A DNA stretch of 64,000 nt, taken from the IMG/VR virus record IMGVR_UViG_3300002180_000002. One strand, given 5' to 3'. The DNA comes from a virus. The translations under genes and the position numbers were made by a program. Positions 47,015 through 55,341 of the stretch are shown here, piece by piece. The notes under the pieces are model-generated. The model had not been told where the DNA came from. It searched no databases and worked only from the letters and a program-made list of their open reading frames with translations. Position 1 is the stretch's first letter. Every line of letters begins with the position of its first letter.

Positions 47015-47388
47015 TGAGCGAAGACGTAATTCCTATCAATAAAACAACCACAAATAAAAAACGTGTAAAAAGAAAGTCTATATCGGTTCAATCTTCTGAA
47101 TTAATAAAGACAGAGAAACACACACAATATAATTGGTTTCAGAGATTAATATGTAAGTGGATAAAGGTTACTCCTGCGGACACATACACGTATTATTACA
47201 GAATAAAATACACTAGCAATCAAGGAATTATCAGTAAAACTAAAAATAATATTCTTATAAATAAAGACGCTAGGCTTTTTGCTGTTTTGGATGATGCAAA
47301 TCGATTTGCTGTTATTGTTACTATGCAAAAATCAGTGGACAAACCTTTTGTTCACGGAACAATTTATATTCACGAAAGTTCTAAATAA
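47014..47388 (+). CDS. hypothetical protein
   Basis: 124-aa ORF with a TAATG junction to the RHH gene. Confidence 0.45.
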   Translation: MSEDVIPINKTTTNKKRVKRKSISVQSSELIKTEKHTQYNWFQRLICKWIKVTPADTYTYYYRIKYTSNQGIISKTKNNILINKDARLFAVLDDANRFAVIVTMQKSVDKPFVHGTIYIHESSK

Positions 47389-47395
47389 ATTTACA

Positions 47396-47893
47396 ATGGA
47401 AAACACATTAATAATTATCGACGGGTTACTTATTCTTTTAGTATTTTTTCTTTTATTCTATTTATCATTAAAGAATAAAACTATTAAAGAAAATAAATCT
47501 AAAATATCTATATTAAATGGTGAAAGAAACCAACAATCTCTTGCTATTTTAAATAAAGATAACACTATAAAAAGACAGGAAGAACGCATTAATAGGTTGA
47601 GGTCTAAACTTGATAAAATCAATCAAAAAAGCGCTCAAGGAAAACCTATTCCAGTCTCAATGTACAGATTAGTTACTAAAGATGATAAGCCTATAGAGCA
47701 AGGAATGGATTATATTTATCTTGGCACGTATGCTTCTTATCGACAAGCGGAATCCATGACAGGAGTGAAAAGAGCTAAAATCAGACAATCTATGCGTTTT
47801 GACAAATTAGTTTATAGTCCAAAAAAAGAAGTGAAAGTTATCTTCGTACCCGAAGACAATGATTTAAAATCTAACGAAAAAATACGTTATTAA
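47396..47893 (+). CDS. membrane-anchored hypothetical protein
   Basis: MENTLIIIDGLLILLVFFLLFYLSL TM segment followed by a coiled coil. The ATG at 47396 is preferred over the overlapping longer track ORF. Confidence 0.45.
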   Translation: MENTLIIIDGLLILLVFFLLFYLSLKNKTIKENKSKISILNGERNQQSLAILNKDNTIKRQEERINRLRSKLDKINQKSAQGKPIPVSMYRLVTKDDKPIEQGMDYIYLGTYASYRQAESMTGVKRAKIRQSMRFDKLVYSPKKEVKVIFVPEDNDLKSNEKIRY

Positions 47894-47894
47894 T

Positions 47895-48248
47895 ATGGAA
47901 GTAGAAGGTAGAATAGTTGTCATAAATGACACACAGCAAATAGGAAATAATAACTTTCAAAAAAGAGAAGTTGTTATTGAAACAGAAGATGAATATCCTC
48001 AAAAACTATTGATTGAATTTGTTCAGGCAAAATGTGATTTATTAGATAAATTTTTAGAGGGCGAAAATGTAAAAATATCTATTAATCTAAGAGGTCGCGA
48101 ATGGGTAAACCCTCAAGGAGAAACTAAATATTTTAATTCTATTCAAGGATGGAGAATCGAGTCTTTAGACAGTAATACAAGTCAGAATGATGCATTTGAA
48201 CCCGCAAACGATCTTAATGAAGAAGAACATGATGATCTCCCATTTTAA
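47895..48248 (+). CDS. DUF3127-like OB-fold protein with SSB-type acidic C-terminal tip
   Basis: MEVEGRIVVINDTQQIGNNNFQKREVVIETEDEYPQKLLIEF...INLRGREW matches my recollection of DUF3127. It ends EEEHDDLPF, like the SSB tip. Confidence 0.55.
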   Translation: MEVEGRIVVINDTQQIGNNNFQKREVVIETEDEYPQKLLIEFVQAKCDLLDKFLEGENVKISINLRGREWVNPQGETKYFNSIQGWRIESLDSNTSQNDAFEPANDLNEEEHDDLPF

Positions 48249-48303
48249 CGGTAGTTTTCTGTTGTTTTTACCTTTATATTAAAAATTTGTATTGTATTTG
48301 TAT

Positions 48304-48810
48304 ATGGATTGTAAGAGATGTAATACAGATAAAGATGATAGTGAGTTTTATAGTAATGATAAAACTTGTAAAGCTTGCAGAAAAAAATTAATTCGTGAGA
48401 ACACTAAAAAGAAAAGAGAAAATCCTGAATGGGTTGAGAAAGAACGTGAAAGGTGTCGTGAAAAATATCATAGGCTTGGTTACAAAGGCAAGCAATATGA
48501 ATGGGATAAAGATAAGGTTTGGAAAAACACCTCAACTTATAAAAATCTCCATCGTGATTTAAAGATTCCAAAAGGCATATCGGCACATCATTGGAATTAT
48601 TTTAAACTAAAAGATGTTGTGTTGATGGATAAAAAGGATCACAAAGCATTTCATCGGTTAATTGAGTTAGATGTTGAACGAAGAATTTTTAAAGTTAAGC
48701 AGACAGGTAAATATCTTGATACTAGAAATAAACACCTTTCATTTATTGTAACATCAGGGTTTATTTTTGTAGAGTACAATAAAAATGTTAATTATCAATT
48801 AGTAAAATAA
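48304..48810 (+). CDS. HNH-like endonuclease / zinc-finger protein
   Basis: CKRCNTDKDDSEFYSNDKTCKACRKK plus SAHHWNY...DKKDHKAFH. Confidence 0.4.
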   Translation: MDCKRCNTDKDDSEFYSNDKTCKACRKKLIRENTKKKRENPEWVEKERERCREKYHRLGYKGKQYEWDKDKVWKNTSTYKNLHRDLKIPKGISAHHWNYFKLKDVVLMDKKDHKAFHRLIELDVERRIFKVKQTGKYLDTRNKHLSFIVTSGFIFVEYNKNVNYQLVK

Positions 48811-48815
48811 CTATT

Positions 48816-49268
48816 ATGAACAACCCTGAACAAGTATTCAATGAGATAATAAGCCTTTTTAATGGTGCGTTAGTGAAAGAAAGAGATAGAATAACTTTTG
48901 GATTAAATACTATTCCTGATAATAATAAATTTACTAGAGAATTAACCATAGTAAAAGGTGGAATTGAGATAATGATATTTAAAGAGTCGATGAATATGGC
49001 TTCTTTAAAAGAAACAGGAGCAAAGATAGTTACAGAACGTCTTTTGCAAAACGCTATAAAAACAATATTCCTTAATGGATTAGATAGTTTTAAAGCTGTT
49101 TCTAAAACTAAAGACGCTCTTATCCATGAAGAAGTAATTGATGATCTATGGGATAAACATTCGGAATATATAGGGGAAGATATTGATAGTATGTCATTTG
49201 TTGCAGGAACGGTTATAATGAAAAAGCAAAATTTTAAAAACGCTTTAATGCCACTTACAAAGAAATAA
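48816..49268 (+). CDS. hypothetical protein
   Basis: 150-aa ORF. Confidence 0.45.
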   Translation: MNNPEQVFNEIISLFNGALVKERDRITFGLNTIPDNNKFTRELTIVKGGIEIMIFKESMNMASLKETGAKIVTERLLQNAIKTIFLNGLDSFKAVSKTKDALIHEEVIDDLWDKHSEYIGEDIDSMSFVAGTVIMKKQNFKNALMPLTKK

Positions 49269-49627
49269 TGGATATTGTAATAACATTACCTAAAACAGTT
49301 TCTTGGACTGATTACGAAAAAGAACTGGAAGCTGTTAAGGACGGGAAACAAGTTATAAATTTTAAAGTTCCTAATTTTCCTGTAAAGACGAAAGTAGGAG
49401 ACAAATGTTATCTTTGTCATAATGGGTTCGTTGTCGGATGGATGAAGATTGTAAATTTTAGTGAAGGATATTTCACTTGCTCCACAACAGGAGAATGTTG
49501 GAAAGGAAAGTTTATTCAGCGTTCAGGATTATTCCACAAAGTAGAGCCTATACCAATGAAAGGGTTTCAAGGGTTTAGATACTTTAAAGGAATAGCAAAT
49601 GCGGATAATAGAGATCGCAAAAAATAG
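49268..49627 (+). CDS. hypothetical protein
   Basis: 119-aa ORF with a TAATG junction to the previous gene. Confidence 0.45.
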   Translation: MDIVITLPKTVSWTDYEKELEAVKDGKQVINFKVPNFPVKTKVGDKCYLCHNGFVVGWMKIVNFSEGYFTCSTTGECWKGKFIQRSGLFHKVEPIPMKGFQGFRYFKGIANADNRDRKK

Positions 49628-49760
49628 ATTATATAGAGTTTATAAAGACGATAATTATAAAGATGTTTGGATTGCTAATGGAGAAATATTATATCCTGAA
49701 AATCCTCATAACATTCTCACTCCAACAGAGTGTCAAGCAATAGAAATGGAAATATTTTAG
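49599..49760 (+). CDS. small hypothetical protein (53 aa)
   Basis: ATG ORF read by hand. It fills the gap up to the ATG at 49763. Confidence 0.3.
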   Translation: MRIIEIAKNRLYRVYKDDNYKDVWIANGEILYPENPHNILTPTECQAIEMEIF

Positions 49761-49762
49761 AT

Positions 49763-49960
49763 ATGGCTAAAAAAATAAAAAAAAATAAAAAGTTTCCTAA
49801 CATAAAATTATCAGAAGTTAGACCGCCAAAAATTGTTGTTAATTATGCAGTGCGTATTTCTGACGGGCAAGTAATTTATTTAGATAATTTTTCTAAAAAA
49901 GATATTGAAAGTTACGCAGAACAAGTAAAAAATAGTATAATTGATAAGTTTATTAGATAA
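49763..49960 (+). CDS. hypothetical protein
   Basis: The ATG at 49763 is preferred over the GTG at 49730. Basic N-terminus. Confidence 0.4.
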   Translation: MAKKIKKNKKFPNIKLSEVRPPKIVVNYAVRISDGQVIYLDNFSKKDIESYAEQVKNSIIDKFIR

Positions 49961-49962
49961 TT

Positions 49963-50097
49963 ATGGGATCAGATAGTTCATATTCAGCAGACGAAAACCA
50001 AAACCCAAAAGAAATACGTCAACGTGTTCGTTTACGTGAAGGAAGTCATTTAACTCCTAAGAAAAAGAAACGAAAAAAGCGCTCAAAAAGAAAATGA
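49963..50097 (+). CDS. small basic hypothetical protein (44 aa)
   Basis: ATG ORF read by hand; ATGA overlap with the next gene. Confidence 0.3.
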   Translation: MGSDSSYSADENQNPKEIRQRVRLREGSHLTPKKKKRKKRSKRK

Positions 50098-50792
50098 TCC
50101 AAGAAAAAAAATGTAAAGGTACACACAGATACACATTCGGATTAGGATGCGGGAGATTGGTAGAAGCCAGTAAAAGAAAATTTGGTATTGCTACAGACGG
50201 AAAATGTGATTGTTGGAAGGAGTGGCTTAAATCAGATGCAAGTGATGAATTTATAAATGGTAACATTATTCCGAAAGCTAAAAAGACTGTGGCGAAAGAG
50301 GAAAAAGCAAAAAGTAATGAAGAAAAATCTCTTAGTTACGATTGGAGTAAGAAATTACAAGACGAAATTAACAAAATAGTCAGGACTATTGATAAAGGGT
50401 TGCCGTGTTTAGCTAGGAACAAAAGAGGTCAGATGCACGCAGGACACGTTTATGCAAGGGGAGGAAATAGTACTATAAAATATAACCTTCATAATATTCA
50501 TCGCCAAAACGCTCAATCTAATCATTATCAGAATGACGACGGTAAATTAAGAGAAGGGTTAATTAACGAGTATGGACAGGAATACATGGATTTCATTAGT
50601 CAATTACGAAGAACTCCAATGTTAACATTTAACAATAAGGAATATCGTGAATTAACATATTTAGCTAGAAACATCCTTAAATTACTTAAAGAAGCAGATA
50701 GAATTTACTCACTCTCGGAGCGTATTGAAATGAGAAATAGAGTTAATGTTGAGTTAGAAATATATGATAAAGAGTATTTAGTTTATGGCTAA
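50094..50792 (+). CDS. ninG: NinG/Rap-like recombination endonuclease
   Basis: N-terminal Cys cluster plus GLPCLARNKRGQMHAGHVYARGGNSTIKYNLHNIHRQNAQSNHYQ, matching the lambda NinG family pattern. Confidence 0.55.
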   Translation: MIQEKKCKGTHRYTFGLGCGRLVEASKRKFGIATDGKCDCWKEWLKSDASDEFINGNIIPKAKKTVAKEEKAKSNEEKSLSYDWSKKLQDEINKIVRTIDKGLPCLARNKRGQMHAGHVYARGGNSTIKYNLHNIHRQNAQSNHYQNDDGKLREGLINEYGQEYMDFISQLRRTPMLTFNNKEYRELTYLARNILKLLKEADRIYSLSERIEMRNRVNVELEIYDKEYLVYG

Positions 50793-50976
50793 AAAAGAAC
50801 TTATAGGAAATCAAGAAAATGTTGAGCCAAAAAAATATTTATACACCCCAAACGGGTTGGTGAAAAAAGCTGTACTTGTTCACATATTGAAAAGAGGTGA
50901 TTGCCCGAAATGTTGGGAAGAACAAGAAGAATATTTTACCGATGGAGTAAAAGTATATAAACGATTAAAATTTTAA
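50785..50976 (+). CDS. hypothetical protein
   Basis: 63-aa ORF overlapping the ninG-like stop. Confidence 0.4.
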   Translation: MAKKELIGNQENVEPKKYLYTPNGLVKKAVLVHILKRGDCPKCWEEQEEYFTDGVKVYKRLKF

Positions 50977-50996
50977 TAACTATTAATATAAATCTC

Positions 50997-51455
50997 ATGG
51001 AAAACAAACCACAATTTGAAATCGGAAAAATCTTTGATCCCTCTTTTGAAGGAATGTCAAAGTCTGAATTGACCGCTAATCTGCAATCTGCATCAAAAAT
51101 TATTGATGGCGAATACACTAAAAGTCTTACTCAAGATGAAGTTGGTATTGCAAAATCTGAACTTGCAGATGTAAGTATTAAGCTAGCTAAAATTGCTGAC
51201 GAGAAAAAAGCAGTAATGGAAGAATTTAAGCTTCTTGAAAAATCTCCAAAATTATTACATAAAGAACTTATTGATACAATCAAATTCAAAACAGTTCGTA
51301 AAGAAGGTCTTTTGTATTTATTTGCCGACCACGAAGCAGGTCTTATGTTTTCTTTTGATGAAGATGCTATTTGTGTTGACGCACGACCGTTATCTCCAAA
51401 AGAAAGACAATATGGAATTAGCGATGAATCAGGTGTAAGAAAGCTTGGATCATAA
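50997..51455 (+). CDS. hypothetical protein
   Basis: 152-aa ORF. Confidence 0.45.
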   Translation: MENKPQFEIGKIFDPSFEGMSKSELTANLQSASKIIDGEYTKSLTQDEVGIAKSELADVSIKLAKIADEKKAVMEEFKLLEKSPKLLHKELIDTIKFKTVRKEGLLYLFADHEAGLMFSFDEDAICVDARPLSPKERQYGISDESGVRKLGS

Positions 51456-51486
51456 TAATAATTAATTTTTAATACATTAAACAATC

Positions 51487-52248
51487 ATGGAAAAAACAAA
51501 ACCAGTAGATTCTAAAATAGAATCAAAAAGAACAATTATCAAGAATATTCTTGAAGAAGGTGGTGATGCCGAGCAAGTTCATGTAACTTGGCTTGAAGGA
51601 AGCGCCCCTGAACAGCATAATGATAAGCCTGTAGATATTTCAGGTACAATATCTGCTCCAAGATTATTCTTAGAAAAAAGAGTAGGTGAATTCTACCCGA
51701 AAACCGCTCATTGTCTTGTGTCAAGAACTGATGGTAAAATGGTGGTGGTAATTAACGAACAAACCGTTTGTGAAAAATACACTATCACAGGTCAAGTAGA
51801 AGTTGGTAAAAAATTCAAAGAATTAAATATCAATAACTTTGCTAACGGTATTGAACCTCTTAACCTTGTAAAAAAATTAAGACTTAGAAGGTCTATTTTT
51901 AAATCAAACACGGATCACACTAATTTGTTAGCTGTTCTTTCAAGTGTGGAAGCTAAAATTGATAAAGAAATGCAGGAGAATAAAGATGATAGAGCAAATC
52001 ATACTTTCAGACACCAACAAACTGTTACCAGTAATATTCCTAAATCATTTAATTTAAGAATTCCTATTATCGAAGGTGAAGAACCTGTTGATATTGAAGT
52101 TCAGGTTCTTTTAGAATTAGAGGGTGGGCGTATTATGTGCTACCTTGAAAGTGTAGATGGTGCTGACCTTATCGAAACTGCTTTTGAAACATTAGTTGAC
52201 AAAGAAGTTGAAGAAATCAAAGAGAAAGTAACGGTGCTATACCGATAA
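51487..52248 (+). CDS. hypothetical protein
   Basis: 253-aa ORF. Confidence 0.5.
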   Translation: MEKTKPVDSKIESKRTIIKNILEEGGDAEQVHVTWLEGSAPEQHNDKPVDISGTISAPRLFLEKRVGEFYPKTAHCLVSRTDGKMVVVINEQTVCEKYTITGQVEVGKKFKELNINNFANGIEPLNLVKKLRLRRSIFKSNTDHTNLLAVLSSVEAKIDKEMQENKDDRANHTFRHQQTVTSNIPKSFNLRIPIIEGEEPVDIEVQVLLELEGGRIMCYLESVDGADLIETAFETLVDKEVEEIKEKVTVLYR

Positions 52249-52256
52249 CCTAGGGT

Positions 52257-52481
52257 TCGTTGGACGCGCATTGGGGCGCTAAGCTTATCGGGTGAGAAGG
52301 GATAGGGTAAAAGATTGAGATACACAAGTCAGATAAATAACCGACACTCAATACTATCCAATAAAATTGATGAAAATGTATGTAAATACGAACGATTATC
52401 CTTACTAAGCATTTGAAAAAATGATAGAGTGCTGACTAACATCAATTATAGTTCACGGGGGTTCGACTCCCCCTCAACGGT
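52257..52481 (+). ncRNA. tRNA-like-domain RNA lacking an anticodon arm (about 225 nt)
   Basis: Acceptor TCGTTGG/TCAACGG, D-like arm GCGC-ATTGGG-GCGC, and T arm GGGGG-TTCGACT-CCCCC. A nested-helix insert of about 175 nt lies between the D and T arms. The RNA sits in a 247-nt gap between CDSs. Confidence 0.5.
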
Positions 52482-52495
52482 CAAATAATATAATA

Positions 52496-52780
52496 TTGAA
52501 AACACAACCGCAGATTGACGCAGAGGTGATAAATTACATTACTTCTCTTTATAAGATATTTGGTAAACTTGAAAATTTTAACGGAAGTTGTTACAAGTTT
52601 TCCGTTCATTTAATAAAGCAATTTTCAGGAGAAATGTATTCTAATTCTTGGCATATAATTACAAAGATTGGAAATAATTATTTTGATTCAAATGGAAAAG
52701 TTGACAATATAAACGGATATATATCCGAAAAAGAATTCGGAGAAGATTATTTCATTAACGCATTTAAAGAATACTTATGA
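52496..52780 (+). CDS. hypothetical protein (possible mini Cys-His-Asp papain/transglutaminase-like fold)
   Basis: 94-aa ORF with a TTG start. GSCYKF...WHIITKI...FDSNG spacing is suggestive only. Confidence 0.35.
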   Translation: MKTQPQIDAEVINYITSLYKIFGKLENFNGSCYKFSVHLIKQFSGEMYSNSWHIITKIGNNYFDSNGKVDNINGYISEKEFGEDYFINAFKEYL

Positions 52781-53061
52781 AAACAAAATTTTATTTAAAC
52801 GTAAGAGAAAACGGGAGCGCTAGAGTAACTAAAAATAAAGTTGCACTACATATTGACGAAGTAAGTATTGGAATGGAAATAGAACTTCCTGATACATTAT
52901 TTCAAAAACCAATCATTAATCGAAAAATTACCGTAACAGAAGACATGGTTTCGCCCAACACATTAAATGCTGATGTTAAAGAAAATATCGAAAATGCTCT
53001 TAAAGGTGTTCATGGAGTTAAAATAGAACTAACAATGCCAAAAGAAGATGATAATGGATAA
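52777..53061 (+). CDS. hypothetical protein
   Basis: 94-aa ORF with an ATGA overlap. Confidence 0.45.
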   Translation: MKTKFYLNVRENGSARVTKNKVALHIDEVSIGMEIELPDTLFQKPIINRKITVTEDMVSPNTLNADVKENIENALKGVHGVKIELTMPKEDDNG

Positions 53062-53680
53062 GCCTACTAATAATTTTAATTTAATTCGCCCTTTGCTAGA
53101 CTTTAAGTTAAATGATGAATTTTATTTCATTCAAGTTTTGCAAAGAAAAAAAGATGCAAAAGAAGGTCAGAAAGTAAATGGAACAAATAATAATTCTCGT
53201 TTAATTAAAGCTTATTATGTAAATTCTATAGAATATTTAGATTTTATAGAAAAAGAAATCATTCAACTTTGTGAAATATTTAATGCTAGAGCAGGAATTA
53301 ACTTAAATAAACGTTCATTTGAAAAGACTGCTTTACAGCATTTAAAACTTGTTACAGATAATCTTATTAATAAGAATTATGATAAAATTTATAAATCATA
53401 TTCATCTGCTGTCGGCAAATTTTCACATGATAAAAACAAAAAATGGATAATTGATATAGATTCAGAAGAAATTCATTTATTAGAGAGAATAAAAACCTGC
53501 ATAAATTTAATAGAACCTATTAATGATTTAATTCCTAATAAAGTTTTTTGCGAAATTCCTTCAAAAACAGGAATTCATTTAATTACAAGCCCTTTTAATT
53601 TACAAATATTTAAAATGAACTTCCCAAGTATAGATATTCAAAAAAACAATCCAACAAATCTATATATTCCAAAATTATGA
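53048..53680 (+). CDS. hypothetical protein with AEP primase-polymerase-like motif spacing
   Basis: WIIDIDSEE (DxD), SKTGIHLI (sG.H) and SIDIQ (hD) occur in the order and spacing of AEP motifs I-III. Weak evidence. Confidence 0.35.
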   Translation: MIMDKPTNNFNLIRPLLDFKLNDEFYFIQVLQRKKDAKEGQKVNGTNNNSRLIKAYYVNSIEYLDFIEKEIIQLCEIFNARAGINLNKRSFEKTALQHLKLVTDNLINKNYDKIYKSYSSAVGKFSHDKNKKWIIDIDSEEIHLLERIKTCINLIEPINDLIPNKVFCEIPSKTGIHLITSPFNLQIFKMNFPSIDIQKNNPTNLYIPKL

Positions 53681-54123
53681 AAACAACTATAATCGTAGAT
53701 ATAGACGGTACTATATCAAAAGTAGGAGATAGATTAAAATATCTTCAACAAGACCCTAAAAATTGGGATGATTTCTACAACGCTTGTTTTGAAGACGAGC
53801 CAATGGATGATATTATTAAATTGCTAGAACAATTTATAAATCATTACCATATCATTTTTTGCACAGGAAGACGTGAAAGTGTTAGAGAGCAAACCCAAGA
53901 ATGGATAATGAAGCACTTAGGGATTAGAACTCATAAAGGAAATTTGTTGATGCGTCCAGATGGAGATTTTAGACACGATATTGCTGTTAAACCTGAACAA
54001 TTAGAAAAGGCAGGGATAAAGCTTGATGAAATTCTTTTCGTTTTAGAAGATAGAAGAAGTATGGTTCAGCAATGGAGAGAAATAGGATTAACTTGTTTGC
54101 AGGTAGCCGACGGAGATTTTTAG
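53677..54123 (+). CDS. HAD-superfamily phosphatase
   Basis: IIVDIDGTIS (DxDGT motif I), FCTGRRE (motif II) and VLEDR. Confidence 0.65.
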   Translation: MKTTIIVDIDGTISKVGDRLKYLQQDPKNWDDFYNACFEDEPMDDIIKLLEQFINHYHIIFCTGRRESVREQTQEWIMKHLGIRTHKGNLLMRPDGDFRHDIAVKPEQLEKAGIKLDEILFVLEDRRSMVQQWREIGLTCLQVADGDF

Positions 54124-54126
54124 ACT

Positions 54127-54621
54127 ATGGCATATATAATTGAAGATACATTGTTAGATATGGAGCGGGCAAATGAGATGCTTAAAATTCCTGCTGTTGG
54201 ATATGATTTCATAACTTCTCTTTGTAGTAAATTTATTGGATCAGGAATACATAGAAACGTTTTTGAATATTCCTTAGACGACAAGTATGTTATAAAAGTT
54301 GAGCCAAACAATACAAATCAGAATACAATAGAGTGGATGATTTGGAATGAGGTTCAATATTTAACTGGCGACATGGAATGGGTAAAAGATTGGTTTGCTC
54401 CTGTAAAGTGGATTTCTCCAAACGGAAGACTTTTGGTTATGAAAAAAACCATTGAGAAACCTCACTTTGATAGACCTGAAAAAGTTCCTGATTTCCTTTG
54501 GGATGTTAAGGTAGATAATTTTGGATGGATTGGGAAAAATCTTGTCTGCCATGATTACGGACAATTTTACAATATGATTCACTATTCAAAAAAAATGAAG
54601 AAAGTAGAATGGATTTTTTAA
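54127..54621 (+). CDS. minimal protein-kinase-like fold protein (164 aa)
   Basis: GSGIHRNVF (Gly loop), YVIKVE (Lys), LWDVKVDNFGW (D-x-K-x-x-N) and CHDYG (DFG-like), in canonical order. Confidence 0.5.
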   Translation: MAYIIEDTLLDMERANEMLKIPAVGYDFITSLCSKFIGSGIHRNVFEYSLDDKYVIKVEPNNTNQNTIEWMIWNEVQYLTGDMEWVKDWFAPVKWISPNGRLLVMKKTIEKPHFDRPEKVPDFLWDVKVDNFGWIGKNLVCHDYGQFYNMIHYSKKMKKVEWIF

Positions 54622-54632
54622 AAATATAGATT

Positions 54633-55340
54633 ATGACTACAGCTAAAAAAGCATTTACAATTTTAGTAAATAAAAAAGAATACGATGTTTGGAACATCCC
54701 AAATAAAAAACATAAAGCACTTAACGGAGAAGTTGATACTTGGTGGCTTTATTATTCTGATAGTCTTCCCGAAGGCACATTACCTCCTTTAGATTCAGAA
54801 CATTGGTTAGCTTACCATGTTAGTATGAAGCGTAATATGTGGGATGTATTAATTGAGAGTTATCAAACTACTAAAATTAAATGGGATGATTATCATTTCC
54901 GAAATGGATATAGAGTTAAATTGCTTTGTGATAAAAAGTTAATTCATTCTTTTTCAACTCACAATATTGAATTTGCAATGAGTAAAGCGCAATATCTTAT
55001 GATTGTGCTACCTGAACATCCTTTTAATTTCTTAGATCAAGATTCAGAAAAAAATCGTAAAATTTATTATTACGGTATGCCTGCGCTAGTTGACCCAAAA
55101 AGGAACGGCGAAATCGGAATAATCCCTGACTATACTACTATTAAAAAAGTAGATTGGTGGAAAGAATATTACAGGCGACAAAGAACTGCTGATGGTCTTA
55201 TAGATAAAGAATGGGAACATAATTTTCAGGAACGCTTTGAAGAAGACAGTGATTACATTAATTGGGGCGACGCTCTTTCTGATGGTAATATCGATTGGTT
55301 TAGGAGTTTAAAAGAATCTGATAATTTAAAAAAGAAGTAA
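54633..55340 (+). CDS. hypothetical protein
   Basis: 235-aa ORF. Confidence 0.5.
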   Translation: MTTAKKAFTILVNKKEYDVWNIPNKKHKALNGEVDTWWLYYSDSLPEGTLPPLDSEHWLAYHVSMKRNMWDVLIESYQTTKIKWDDYHFRNGYRVKLLCDKKLIHSFSTHNIEFAMSKAQYLMIVLPEHPFNFLDQDSEKNRKIYYYGMPALVDPKRNGEIGIIPDYTTIKKVDWWKEYYRRQRTADGLIDKEWEHNFQERFEEDSDYINWGDALSDGNIDWFRSLKESDNLKKK

Positions 55341-55341
55341 G

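Noticed and set aside
46822-47091. 89-aa minus-strand track ORF
   Set aside because: It overlaps a plus-strand RHH ORF that has a convincing fold pattern, a promoter motif and translational coupling to the next gene.
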